DNA from: a virus | Taxonomy: Duplodnaviria; Caudoviricetes | Length of the DNA: 64,000 nucleotides | IMG/VR virus record: IMGVR_UViG_3300037127_000056 | Coordinates: 32,001 to 96,000 of that record | Strand: one strand, 5' to 3' | Shown here: piece after piece, positions 39,134 to 48,823 of the stretch | How the letters are laid out: each line of letters opens with the position of its first letter | Position numbering within the stretch: position 1 is the first letter of the stretch | The notes under the pieces: generated by a model | Told to the model about the DNA's origin: nothing | The model's input: the letters and a program-made list of their open reading frames with translations, nothing else | Databases searched by the model: none | Program-made: the position numbers and the translations under genes

Positions 39134-39202
39134 GGCGGTCATGGTAGCCCGCGGTGGGTGGATGCGTCAAGGGCCAGGAAACCCGCGTCGTTGCTGGCTC
39201 AT

Positions 39203-39499
39203 CCCGAAAGGGATCCACATAACAGTCCTTCTTCTCTCTCCTCTCTCCCCTTCTTCTCCTCCTTCGTCATCTCAGTTCTTGTCCCCACCCTTGATCGGTC
39301 CAGTCTCCGGCGCGTGGCGCCGTTCGATGTGATGGCGCATGGGTGAGAAGGACAGATGTGAGGACGACGGCTCACAGGACATGGCTCGCGAGACGGGAAC
39401 CCACATCACCTGGGCCACGGAGATGGCCCGCGGGACGGAGCGCAGCGACGGGAGGAAAGAGGAAAAGAGAGAAGGACTGTTATGTGGATCCCTTTCGGG
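39203..39499. repeat. Inverted-repeat-bounded non-coding element, copy 2 (reverse complement of copy 1)
   Basis: Same IR and core as 21552-21852. Confidence 0.95.
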
Positions 39500-39604
39500 T
39501 AACTCATCGACATCACAAGGGAAATCGCCACATTTCGCCCTCATCACCGACGCCCCCTACCACAAGGCTTGACATTGCCCCACCGATCGCGGTACAACGC
39601 CGAC

Positions 39605-40180
39605 ATGAGCACCAATCAAACATTTCAAACGGCCTACAAAATCTTCCCGAAGTACATGTCGGACGACACCATTCGTCTCGGCCATTACGAAACGGTGAAT
39701 GCACTCATCGATGACCTCGGCCCCGCGTCGGACGCGGTGAAGCGGATGGCCATTGCCGTATGGAGTTGGCCAGGGGTGTATGCCATCGTTCAAGCCGTCA
39801 ACGGAACGACCATTGACGTGATTCCGGGACACGAGGTCGAACGCGCCCTTGGCAGCGCGGAAGCCGTCTTCCGAGATCTGCGACTCAAGCTGGCCCCGGT
39901 TCCCGCCGGCGGGAAAGCGTATGACTGTCTCCCCAACCTCACCGGAAGTGAAGGACGAATCTACGACGTTCGATTCGAGACGCTCATGGAAGACCCCGGC
40001 GTTCCCGATGATACTTGGTTCGAATGGTCTGTCCCCGGCACATATATGACATATACTGCGGGCGAGATCCGGCAATGTGACCTCGCGCAGCGGGCCATGA
40101 TCAAGGTTTCGGAGCAGAGGGCGCAGCTCGATGAGATCGAGACCATGTTTCACCAGTTCGTTGCCAACACAGAAGACTGA
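39605..40180 (+). CDS. Hypothetical protein
   Basis: TTGACA...TACAAC-N6-ATG. Confidence 0.6.
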   Translation: MSTNQTFQTAYKIFPKYMSDDTIRLGHYETVNALIDDLGPASDAVKRMAIAVWSWPGVYAIVQAVNGTTIDVIPGHEVERALGSAEAVFRDLRLKLAPVPAGGKAYDCLPNLTGSEGRIYDVRFETLMEDPGVPDDTWFEWSVPGTYMTYTAGEIRQCDLAQRAMIKVSEQRAQLDEIETMFHQFVANTED

Positions 40181-40183
40181 GCC

Positions 40184-40810
40184 ATGTACATCGGAACCGC
40201 CAATCCCAACAAGCGACGAGAGTTCGGTGACATGCTTGTCGGGCTCGGAGTTGACGTCAAGTTCCTGGACGCCGATGTCCCGGAGACCGCAGACACCATC
40301 GCCGGCAACGCCCGCCAGAAAGCTCACGCCTACGCCGCGATGGCCCCCGGGGAATGGGTGATGGCTGAGGATAGCGGTCTCGTGGTCCCCAATCTTGACG
40401 GCATGCCGGGCCCGTGGTCGGCGAGGTTCCATGCACTGGATCTGGAGTCCAAAGAAGTTCGCGTCCCCATCAAGTCATCGCTGGCAGAAAAGTGGAACAC
40501 CATCCGCCTTCTCGACATGATGCGTGAGTGGCCGCCAGAGGACCGCTACGCCTATTTCGAAGCCGTGGTGGTAGTGGTGGGCCCAGACGGAAAGGAAGCC
40601 TACATCGGCCGCTCTGTGGCGCATGGGGCAATCACTACCGCATCGCGTGGGACGGACGGCTGGGGTTACGACTCGGTGTTCGTGTCCGCACGCAGCGGTG
40701 GCAAGACGTGGGCGGAGATCCCGGTGGAGTTGAAGAACGAGATCAGTCACCGCGCCGATGCCGTGAGGAAGCTCCAGGTGTGGGCGTCGGGGTGTAAGGG
40801 TTTGCGGTGA
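40184..40810 (+). CDS. rdgB: Ham1/RdgB non-canonical purine NTP pyrophosphatase (ITPase)
   Basis: TANPNKRREF, PETADTIAGNARQKA, EDSGLVVPNLDGMPGPWSARF, GWGYDSVF, KNEISHRADA. Confidence 0.93.
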   Translation: MYIGTANPNKRREFGDMLVGLGVDVKFLDADVPETADTIAGNARQKAHAYAAMAPGEWVMAEDSGLVVPNLDGMPGPWSARFHALDLESKEVRVPIKSSLAEKWNTIRLLDMMREWPPEDRYAYFEAVVVVVGPDGKEAYIGRSVAHGAITTASRGTDGWGYDSVFVSARSGGKTWAEIPVELKNEISHRADAVRKLQVWASGCKGLR

Positions 40811-40912
40811 CCCGCGCAGAGCATGTTCCGATTCTGGGACATCTTGTTGGCGACGATTGAGTTGCGGGCCCGCCGGTTGTGATTCGGCGACAGATGGGCT
40901 ATAGGGGTGGGT

Positions 40913-41335
40913 ATGTCTCAAGAAATCATGATCATCCCACCCGGTTCAACCCTCCTCGTCAAAGGGGGCACCCTTTCGAAGAAGGCCATTGCTCATCTTG
41001 AGCAATATGCCAATCTCTGCGTAGTCGTTGACGAACCCGAGCCGGCACCCGAGCCGGCACCCAAGTACTCCGAGGGTGTGGCAGGTGTCGTACAGCGACT
41101 CGGCGGGTCCGCAGGCAGGGGTGATGGCGTTATCGTGTACGGTCCGGCAGGTGCTATCGAACCTTTGCGAAAGCAAGTGCCGGAGGCAACATTCATCGTG
41201 TCCGACGGTGATGGTCTGAAGATCCCCGTCGGGATGCGGGCCAGCGCCCTGGTTTTGGTCAATGGTGTAACCCCGCCAGCTGCATTGGAAGAGCGTCGGA
41301 TGCCACCATATGTGACTGTCCAAGTCACAATGTAG
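40913..41335 (+). CDS. Hypothetical protein
   Basis: ~140-aa ORF with an EPAPEPAP linker. Confidence 0.5.
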   Translation: MSQEIMIIPPGSTLLVKGGTLSKKAIAHLEQYANLCVVVDEPEPAPEPAPKYSEGVAGVVQRLGGSAGRGDGVIVYGPAGAIEPLRKQVPEATFIVSDGDGLKIPVGMRASALVLVNGVTPPAALEERRMPPYVTVQVTM

Positions 41336-41373
41336 GGCTTGCATCCCGTGCCGATTCGCGCTACCATGGCCCC

Positions 41374-42504
41374 ATGAAACTCGATCTCCTCAAGTCCAAG
41401 ATCACTCGTGGCGTAGCCGCCGGGGTACGCTATGCCAACAAGAACGCCGCCCCCGCGCTCAAGGCGGCTGAGACCCTGGGACGGGCGTGGGCGCTCAAGA
41501 ATCCGTCACCCCTTGCTGTGGTGGGGGCCGCTGCAACAACGGTCACGGAGCTGGGGAAGTGGGCGGATCGTAATGCAACTGACGGCTACGTCTCTGTCAG
41601 ATATTCATTCGATTTGTGTACGTTTCTGTTTCTCAGCATTGGGCGCGGATGGGCGGCTTCGAACGGAACGATCGACGTTGATGGTGTGGTATTTCGTCAC
41701 GCAGAGGCACTACATAGCCGCGTCCCAAAATACAGCGTCTTAGTCCCAGTTCATGACAGTGAGCGCGCGCATGAACTTCTTGCCCAGTTGGTATCGAGGG
41801 CGGTGCCCCGGTGGATAGAAGGTCACATGAATTGGCGAGGAATGGCAACATACGGGCAAGATATACCTCCGAGTATTCCTTCGCCGATCAAAAGTGAACC
41901 CGCGGACCTCATCATTTCGCGGACGAAACCGTTCTTTGATGCAGGCGTTCGCCGGGCCATATTGATCCATGGGCGTCCTGGTGTCGGAAAAAGTTGTGCT
42001 GCAACGTACATCGCCGACGCGCTTGGAGCGGACCATATCGTGTGGGCGACCATGCTCAAAAATAGAAACATGGTAACTGATGTACCGAGGGTTGTGTCAT
42101 CGAAGAAGCTCATTCTCATACTCGACGACGTGGACAAAGTTTCCCTGGGGACATCGGACTACCGCTTGCTTCGTGAGCCCTATCTCCTCACCATTCTCAC
42201 CGCCAACAACGGGACCGACGACAAGGTTCTTGACGGCTCTCTCGTACGCCCCGGCAGCATCGACGAGACATTCCACATGGAGTCCCCGGGGTTCGACCCT
42301 ACGGATAGGGAGCCGCTGAGCCAGCTGTCTCCAGAGGTCCGAGATTGCATCCGCGGATGGTCCGTCGCTGCCTTGAACGAGGTCGCGCTTCGAGTCAAGC
42401 ACTTCGGGACGGATGAGTCTGCACTGCGCCTCGACGACATCGAGACCCGGAATGGGATGAAGTGTCATTCCGTGAAGGTCCGTCCGCTCAGAGAGGAATC
42501 ATGA
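41374..42504 (+). CDS. AAA+ ATPase
   Basis: RAILIHGRPGVGKS, LILDDVD, TAN, LVRPGSIDE. Confidence 0.8.
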   Translation: MKLDLLKSKITRGVAAGVRYANKNAAPALKAAETLGRAWALKNPSPLAVVGAAATTVTELGKWADRNATDGYVSVRYSFDLCTFLFLSIGRGWAASNGTIDVDGVVFRHAEALHSRVPKYSVLVPVHDSERAHELLAQLVSRAVPRWIEGHMNWRGMATYGQDIPPSIPSPIKSEPADLIISRTKPFFDAGVRRAILIHGRPGVGKSCAATYIADALGADHIVWATMLKNRNMVTDVPRVVSSKKLILILDDVDKVSLGTSDYRLLREPYLLTILTANNGTDDKVLDGSLVRPGSIDETFHMESPGFDPTDREPLSQLSPEVRDCIRGWSVAALNEVALRVKHFGTDESALRLDDIETRNGMKCHSVKVRPLREES

Positions 42505-42562
42505 TTCCCGCTGGCGGGAAAGGCATGCTTGCATTTGGCAGACCATGTGCTACGGTTCCACC

Positions 42563-42820
42563 ATGACATCACATGAACGCGTTGCGCGACTATATGGCCT
42601 GGACTCGGACCACATTGCAATTTGGTCCGGTCTGAGAACATGGAACGGCGACGCCGACCGAACCTGCCGAGCGATGTGGCGGTTCGGCCCGAACCGTGAT
42701 GTGTACCCGTACTGGATTGAGATCAAAGATCTCCCAAGGTTGGATGACCCGCCCCGAGACATGAACGACGTCATCTACAAGGCGTGGCACTGCTACTACA
42801 CCGCACTGGGACTGCTATGA
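42563..42820 (+). CDS. Small hypothetical protein
   Basis: TTGCAT...TACGGT-N6-ATG. Confidence 0.5.
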   Translation: MTSHERVARLYGLDSDHIAIWSGLRTWNGDADRTCRAMWRFGPNRDVYPYWIEIKDLPRLDDPPRDMNDVIYKAWHCYYTALGLL

Positions 42821-42859
42821 AACCTACCTACATTCCCGGCTCGGTGTTCCGGCGGTGGC

Positions 42860-43273
42860 GTGATGTCTAGCGTGAAGTGGTACGACGTCTTGGCCGAGCA
42901 CGACCCCGTGAGGTATCGTCGAGTGATGAATGTCAGCAATCACCGAGACATTGGTATTGGTCCGATGTACCCCGCCGGGGTGGGTTCCAAGCAACTGGCG
43001 TGGGCATGGGTATGGTACCTGTTGCGAGTGAAGACGCGATGGATTTACAAAGTTCGCTTGCAAAGACGCCTATCCCTGGTCATGGGGTGGGTCATGAATC
43101 CGCCTCGTTCCGTACCAATAGAGTCCACGTGGGTACATGATCTTCTGTCGGAGCACCACATGAAGTTGTTGAAGTCGGACCGTCAGTTGATGGATCAAAC
43201 CATGCAAGACATGTTCCAGTTTTGGGAGCTGCTAGTTGCACTCCGACAGCTGCAAATCATGCGCGCGTCATAG
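42860..43273 (+). CDS. Hypothetical protein
   Basis: 137-aa ORF, start uncertain. Confidence 0.4.
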   Translation: MMSSVKWYDVLAEHDPVRYRRVMNVSNHRDIGIGPMYPAGVGSKQLAWAWVWYLLRVKTRWIYKVRLQRRLSLVMGWVMNPPRSVPIESTWVHDLLSEHHMKLLKSDRQLMDQTMQDMFQFWELLVALRQLQIMRAS

Positions 43274-43274
43274 A

Positions 43275-43877
43275 TCAGTCATCGTGTGTGGTTCGACTAA
43301 GGTAGCTGAGCCCACGACGTGGTGACGGACTCGTAGGTGACAGGGGATCGATGAGTGTCGGGTCATCCCATTCTGGATCGGGCTCCGGGAATACGATCTC
43401 GCGCGCCGCATCGTGCAGGGTCATTGCGGCGACCGTCTCGGAATCGAGATCGATAGCCGGCACTGCCACTGCACCCAAATCAGAAACCATCTCGGTCAAA
43501 GCATCAACCTTGGCCTGGAGATGAGAGATCCTGGCGTGCGCCACCTTGTCCCCGATCGATCCGTCTTCGATCATGGCATCGATACGGGCTTCCCACTCAG
43601 GGAGTGAGCCCGGCCGTGACCCAAGGATCGCCGTCGCGACGTGCAAGCCGAGATCGTCAATCCGGTCATAGCGCCGGCTGTCGTGGACGCCATAGACGTT
43701 GATGTCCACGGGGTGTGGACCTTGCATCGCGAGGCCAGAAGACACCGCTTCTATGACAACGATGGGACGTCCAATGGCTTCACCTGCACTTTCAAGACGG
43801 CTGGTGACTGTCTTTGGGATGCGCCCGTTGGCGACAGTGATGAAGATGGGTTCGGGCGGGATCGTGGGTTCGCTCAT
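43275..43877 (-). CDS. Hypothetical protein with the shared IDALI module
   Basis: EWEARIDAMIEDGSIGDKVAHAR. Confidence 0.6.
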   Translation of the reverse strand: MSEPTIPPEPIFITVANGRIPKTVTSRLESAGEAIGRPIVVIEAVSSGLAMQGPHPVDINVYGVHDSRRYDRIDDLGLHVATAILGSRPGSLPEWEARIDAMIEDGSIGDKVAHARISHLQAKVDALTEMVSDLGAVAVPAIDLDSETVAAMTLHDAAREIVFPEPDPEWDDPTLIDPLSPTSPSPRRGLSYLSRTTHDD

Positions 43878-43913
43878 ACCCGTGCATATAGGGTGGCAAG
43901 GGCACGAACACAA

Positions 43914-44252
43914 CTACGAGATCACGGAGCCGCCAGCGTTGATGGAGCCACCAACGGAACGACAGATCACGCTACCATCTGCGGTGACGTTTCCACCAAC
44001 GTCACCACACTGTACCGATCCGCAGGCGTCGATGCGCTCAACATCGCCAGTCACTTGCACACTCTTGTCTGTGCTGATGTACCCGACATTGCCAGTGATG
44101 ACGATGTCTCCAGTCTTGTCGGTTTCGCCGACGGTTTTACCGTCAATCGTGATGACACCGTTGTCAATGGAAACGGAGCTACCGACGTAGGTCTGCCCGT
44201 CGATGGTGATGGTCGAGCCTTTGTAGGCATTCTTACGAAATGGTCCAAACAT
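43914..44252 (-). CDS. Small beta-helix-like phage protein
   Basis: ITIDG repeats; GSVQCGDVGGNVTADGSVICRSVGGSINAGGSV. Confidence 0.7.
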   Translation of the reverse strand: MFGPFRKNAYKGSTITIDGQTYVGSSVSIDNGVITIDGKTVGETDKTGDIVITGNVGYISTDKSVQVTGDVERIDACGSVQCGDVGGNVTADGSVICRSVGGSINAGGSVIS

Positions 44253-44284
44253 GTACGAGATGATACACGATTGAACCAGAAGTA

Positions 44285-44629
44285 TCAAATCCCGCCGGCG
44301 GGAAATTCGACATCAGGGAGCGGTACGGTGTTGGGCTCGACGATAGCACCCACAGTGGACCATGCCTTGTCGGTGGCGTAGAACTCGATGGAATCGTCGA
44401 AGTCATGCACACCACGGAACGAGGTGACGATTGCAACCCAATGTGGCCCGACCAAGATAATCGGATCGTGCTTGGCCCAATCATCCGACTGGGAAATGGC
44501 ACTGTAGCATGGGCCCAAGAGCTTGTAGGAACCATCCACCCGCACGGTGTGGACGTCAAGTGGACGCCATTCCGATACAGGTATGGCGGCGATGAATGTG
44601 TCGATATCTGTCGCGGTGTTTTCAATCAT
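44285..44629 (-). CDS. Hypothetical protein
   Basis: TAGGGT-N6-ATG. Confidence 0.5.
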   Translation of the reverse strand: MIENTATDIDTFIAAIPVSEWRPLDVHTVRVDGSYKLLGPCYSAISQSDDWAKHDPIILVGPHWVAIVTSFRGVHDFDDSIEFYATDKAWSTVGAIVEPNTVPLPDVEFPAGGI

Positions 44630-44687
44630 GGGCCTACCCTAGCACGCTTCCGCCGATGTCGCAACCTCCGTCCGCTAAAACCATGGC

Positions 44688-46430
44688 ATGAGAAATGCAG
44701 AAGGTGACAACGAGGTCAAGGTCAACGGCTACGTCCTAGGCGGAGACAAAGTCTTCAAGGCGTACTCCGTCCCGGGGGTGGCGCAGTCCAACGCCATGCC
44801 GACGACGGCGCTCAATCATAGCGCCCAACTCTTGGACCCGCGCTTCGACCCCGTGCGTCTTGCGGAGGTGTACCAGACGTCGGCTCACCTCCGGCCCCCC
44901 ATCGGGGCCATGGTCGCGAACATCGATGCTATGGGACACGTCCTGGAGCCATTCGTTGACCTCTCGTCCGCGGAAGCCGATGAGATCATCAAGACGGCGT
45001 TGATCACCGAGGGCGTCGATGATGGGTTGACGTATGATGAGGCGACCCCGAGTGACGATGACATCGCCGCCGCCAAGGAAATCCTTGCACGGGACCAACG
45101 AATCGAGCGTGTCCATCTCGACCGGTGGTTCGCATCGGTTGGCATCGGTACCACTTGGACGGAGCTGCGGAAGCGCACCCGCCTCGACTTGGAGATTACC
45201 GGCAACGCCTACTGGGAAATCTTGCGGGGTACCGACGATGCCCCCGCGGTCGGTCGCGATGGGTCGTCGATTCCCCTGGGACCGATCACGCGTATCCGAC
45301 ATCTCAGGTCGCCCGAATTTCGCCTTGCCCGTAGTGACGGGAAGCGGGTTGATGTGGCGCGCGTCGTGCGAACATCTCCAGTCGCGGTTGACATCGAAAC
45401 CGATTCCCGCAAAGTCCGGCGGTTCGTGCAGATGGTCGGCGGGCATACCGTATGGTTCCGGGAATTCGGCGATCCCAGGACGGTATCGTCCAAGACCGGC
45501 GTCGTGTATGAGAGTGAGGACGAACTCCACCGAACCGAGGGGGCCGATGCTGTTCCCGCGACGGAGGTCATTCACTTCTCGATCTACGACTCCCTCAGCG
45601 TCTATGGCGTCCCGCGATGGGCTGGCACCCGCCTATCCGTCTTGGGCTCTACGGCGGCCGATGAGGTCAACCTCGACTACTTCGACAGCAAGCCCCCGGC
45701 GGGAATGCTTCTGGTCACCGGTGGCCGACTCGGTAAGAAGACCGTAGGACGCCTGGAGAAGCTCTGGGAGGCTCAGGCCCGGGGGCGCGCGAAGTTCCAC
45801 GGTCTTGTCGTGATCGAAGCCGTTGAGGGCGGCCTCGCGATGCAAGCCAACGGTTCTGGCAAAGCGGCGGTGAGCTTTCAACCACTCACAGGGACGCAAC
45901 AGTCCGACGCCCTGTTCTCTGACTACGACCGCGAGAACGCCAACAAGATCGGGCGCAGCTGGCGGCTTTCCCCCATTCTCCGGGGCGATAGCCGCGACGC
46001 CAACCGCGCCACCGCACAAGCCGCCGTCGCAATCGCGGATGAGCAAGTGTTCTCAGATGAGCGCAAAACATTCGACACATTCGTCACCGACACCGTTCTC
46101 CCCCAAGCCGGCTTCACGCGGTGGCGCTTCATCACCAACTCCCCGGCGCCGAGTTCAGACCCCATCGAGCTGACCAATTCCATCGCGAACTTGATGGACA
46201 AGTCGCCGGGTTTGCTGTCTATCAACGAAGCCCGGCGCATGCTTTCCAAAGCCCTGAATGAGGACCTCGATCCCGTCGATAACCAGCACACGGATCCCAT
46301 GGAGCTGGCCAAGGTTCTGAGCACCATCGGCGAGAAATTGACCGACGTGTTCACGCCGCAGGAAGTGCGCGTCATGATGGCCCGCGCCCTCAAGGTGAAC
46401 CTAGAAGAGCTTGAGTCTATTGCTAAATAG
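44688..46430 (+). CDS. Phage portal protein (PBSX-like)
   Basis: DLEITGNAYWEILR, ATEVIHF, YGVPRW, NLDYFD, QSDALF, NRATA, SINEAR. Confidence 0.92.
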   Translation: MRNAEGDNEVKVNGYVLGGDKVFKAYSVPGVAQSNAMPTTALNHSAQLLDPRFDPVRLAEVYQTSAHLRPPIGAMVANIDAMGHVLEPFVDLSSAEADEIIKTALITEGVDDGLTYDEATPSDDDIAAAKEILARDQRIERVHLDRWFASVGIGTTWTELRKRTRLDLEITGNAYWEILRGTDDAPAVGRDGSSIPLGPITRIRHLRSPEFRLARSDGKRVDVARVVRTSPVAVDIETDSRKVRRFVQMVGGHTVWFREFGDPRTVSSKTGVVYESEDELHRTEGADAVPATEVIHFSIYDSLSVYGVPRWAGTRLSVLGSTAADEVNLDYFDSKPPAGMLLVTGGRLGKKTVGRLEKLWEAQARGRAKFHGLVVIEAVEGGLAMQANGSGKAAVSFQPLTGTQQSDALFSDYDRENANKIGRSWRLSPILRGDSRDANRATAQAAVAIADEQVFSDERKTFDTFVTDTVLPQAGFTRWRFITNSPAPSSDPIELTNSIANLMDKSPGLLSINEARRMLSKALNEDLDPVDNQHTDPMELAKVLSTIGEKLTDVFTPQEVRVMMARALKVNLEELESIAK

Positions 46431-46435
46431 GAGGC

Positions 46436-46867
46436 ATGAGTCTCCATCCAAGCAGTCCCGCCGGCGGGAATCCCGGCCCAATCCTCAACCCCAAACAGGC
46501 CGCCCTCAAGGCACGCCTTCAGCAATCTCTCAAGCATATCGGTCCCGAGGCATTCGAGGACCTCTACGGCTCACTTCAGGACCTCGTAAGGTCTGACAGC
46601 GAGGCCAAGGAAGTGTTCGCCGGCTTCTTCAAGGCGATCGTCGCGTCATTCTACACCGATCAGGTACAGCTACTCCAGATCACCGCGCATGAACTCCGGC
46701 GCCGTGTCATGCTGTGTATCCAGCTGTTCCGGGACATGCGCGGTGATTGCTACTGGACCTTGAATCGGACCCTTGACACGCTTCCCCATGCCCTCCGGGT
46801 GACCCTCGATGGCGAGGTTTTCGAGCCCAAGAAGGAACGCTCGACATGGGCAGCCACCGATGACTAG
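46436..46867 (+). CDS. Hypothetical protein downstream of portal
   Basis: GGAGG RBS, 143 aa. Confidence 0.65.
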   Translation: MSLHPSSPAGGNPGPILNPKQAALKARLQQSLKHIGPEAFEDLYGSLQDLVRSDSEAKEVFAGFFKAIVASFYTDQVQLLQITAHELRRRVMLCIQLFRDMRGDCYWTLNRTLDTLPHALRVTLDGEVFEPKKERSTWAATDD

Positions 46868-47196
46868 GACTGATTCGCGAGGACGAGCCACGTCGCCACC
46901 GACTCGCGGTCTTCGAACTGAGACATATTGGTTTGCGTGAGGCCGATGCGAACGGTCTGGTTGTTGATCGTGGACGTTGCAGTCGCAACGATGACCGCAT
47001 GGTCCCCCACGACTCCGGGGTAATTGCCGGAGACATCAACCGCCATCTGAACCGGCGCGGTGGGCGTGACGTTCCGAACCGTCCTGCGAAAGGCGGGCTT
47101 GAAGTTGTTGTGGAAGCTAGAAGCGACCTGGTTCCATGCGCAATGGGTGGAGAAGCGGCCGTTGGTCTTGCTGGTGGTGGTCTTGAAAGTGGTCAT
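46864..47196 (-). CDS. Small hypothetical protein, probably early
   Basis: Follows class-2 leader copy B. Confidence 0.6.
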   Translation of the reverse strand: MTTFKTTTSKTNGRFSTHCAWNQVASSFHNNFKPAFRRTVRNVTPTAPVQMAVDVSGNYPGVVGDHAVIVATATSTINNQTVRIGLTQTNMSQFEDRESVATWLVLANQS

Positions 47197-47290
47197 TGTT
47201 GGCGTCCGGTGTTTGGTGTGGCGGGGTTTCTTCCGTCCCCTTGATTTTCTTTATAGCAAGGCTAACTCCGCCCGTCTACAAAAAACGACA
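47197..47290 (-). promoter_or_regulatory. Leadered promoter, class 2 (copy B)
   Basis: GCTATAAAGAAAATCAAGGGGACGGAAGAAACCCC...ACAATGACC. Confidence 0.65.
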
Positions 47291-47362
47291 CATTCTTCGA
47301 ACTTTTTTCCCCCGTGATTTGCAAGATTTGGCCCGTTATATGCACATCTTATAATCGATGGC

Positions 47363-48823
47363 ATGCGAATTGCAAAGCAGATCCCCGAATCCGATGCGGA
47401 CATCGGGGAGCGTCGAGAAGCCGCCGATGAGCGAGCCGAAGGGTTCCCCGAGATCGAAGTCCTTGAAGACCAAGGGCTGAGCGCGGCGGAAGATGACCCT
47501 CTCGACGAAGCTCTATGGGGTGACCCCGTCAACCTCCGGTTCCCGCTGGCCTACCGCGGCGACACCGAGCCGGACCGTGAGCGGTCGTCAAATGCCCGGT
47601 CGCGGTTCAAAGGGCCGGACGGGGCGGATGCTTACGAGCGCGACGAAACTAAAGGGGTCGTCCACACCCGGATCGTGCAAGCGGAGATCGATGCCGGCGT
47701 CGAGCCCGGCTACGACCCGCAGGACCCACTAGATCGTCTGCTGAGTCCGCAAGTCAAACGACAACTGGGAGTTGAAAAGATGCATTACGGCGACGCGGTT
47801 CCATCTCCGTCTATCCCAACCCATGACGACAGCCCAGAGCACAAGCTCTACACCCTTGTCGAGCGCCACGACCGATACCCAGACATCGCGATACTCGATG
47901 GCATGCCCGCCGCGCGGCGCGATGAGCCGCTGTGTGAGGACCTCTGGGGCGATCCCGTCAACCTGATTTTCCCGCTGGCGGGACGCCACGAGGACTGGCC
48001 CAACGCCATCCACGCCAACACGGCGCGCGAGTGCTTCAAGGATGAGGATTCTTGGCGCAACGCGATGATCTACCCCGATGACCTGAGCCGGGCGTGTGTG
48101 CATGAGCGCATCGTCCGGGCCCAGATCGCCGCGGGAATGACCCCTGAGATTGATCCCGAGGATCCATTGGACTGCCTTCTGCCGGCGGACCTTTTGTATG
48201 GGGCCTCTGATGTTGACTCGGCATACCGGAGGAAGTCTATGCCACTGAATTTCGAGGCCAAACTGGCCGCCCTCGCGCCGGAGCCCGCTACCCCGGCGAA
48301 ACCCACCCTGGACAGTCTCCGTGAGACCCTGGCGTCGTTGGCGAAGTCGGCGGACGGGGGGCTCAAGGACGGGCTGACCAAAGCCCTCGCCGATCTCGAT
48401 GTCATCCGCAAGGCGTTTGATTCGATTGAAGGCGTAGGCTCATTCACCGAGACCTATGGTCCCGGCGGTATGGCTGAGCCGGAGATGAAGCTCACCGACC
48501 CCGATCCGGTACCCCCGGTGATCGACGATCACAATCAAGAGGATGAGCTGGCCCCGGACGCGCAGTTCGATGTCGATGATCCCCGGCTGCGGCAGCGTGA
48601 AATCCACGGCATCGCGACCAACGATGTTGCGGTCGTTCCGTGGGAAGCGAATGCCCGCACCGAAGCCAACCCCGGTCGGCCGGATGCGACCTCGGTGATC
48701 CCGATGGTTGGTCCGTCGGGTGCCGAGTTCGCCCCAGTCGATGGTGTCGCAAAGGCGTTCGGCGATTTCGAAAAGTTGCCCGCCCTTGGCTACGACTCGC
48801 AGATCCTCGGAGCGAGCAAGTAA
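47363..48823 (+). CDS. Head-associated acidic protein with a tandemly duplicated domain
   Basis: Two copies of LWGDPVNLxFPLA...N.AR..FK...VH.RIV.A.I.AG..P..DP.DPLD.LL; first gene of the head operon. Confidence 0.7.
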   Translation: MRIAKQIPESDADIGERREAADERAEGFPEIEVLEDQGLSAAEDDPLDEALWGDPVNLRFPLAYRGDTEPDRERSSNARSRFKGPDGADAYERDETKGVVHTRIVQAEIDAGVEPGYDPQDPLDRLLSPQVKRQLGVEKMHYGDAVPSPSIPTHDDSPEHKLYTLVERHDRYPDIAILDGMPAARRDEPLCEDLWGDPVNLIFPLAGRHEDWPNAIHANTARECFKDEDSWRNAMIYPDDLSRACVHERIVRAQIAAGMTPEIDPEDPLDCLLPADLLYGASDVDSAYRRKSMPLNFEAKLAALAPEPATPAKPTLDSLRETLASLAKSADGGLKDGLTKALADLDVIRKAFDSIEGVGSFTETYGPGGMAEPEMKLTDPDPVPPVIDDHNQEDELAPDAQFDVDDPRLRQREIHGIATNDVAVVPWEANARTEANPGRPDATSVIPMVGPSGAEFAPVDGVAKAFGDFEKLPALGYDSQILGASK

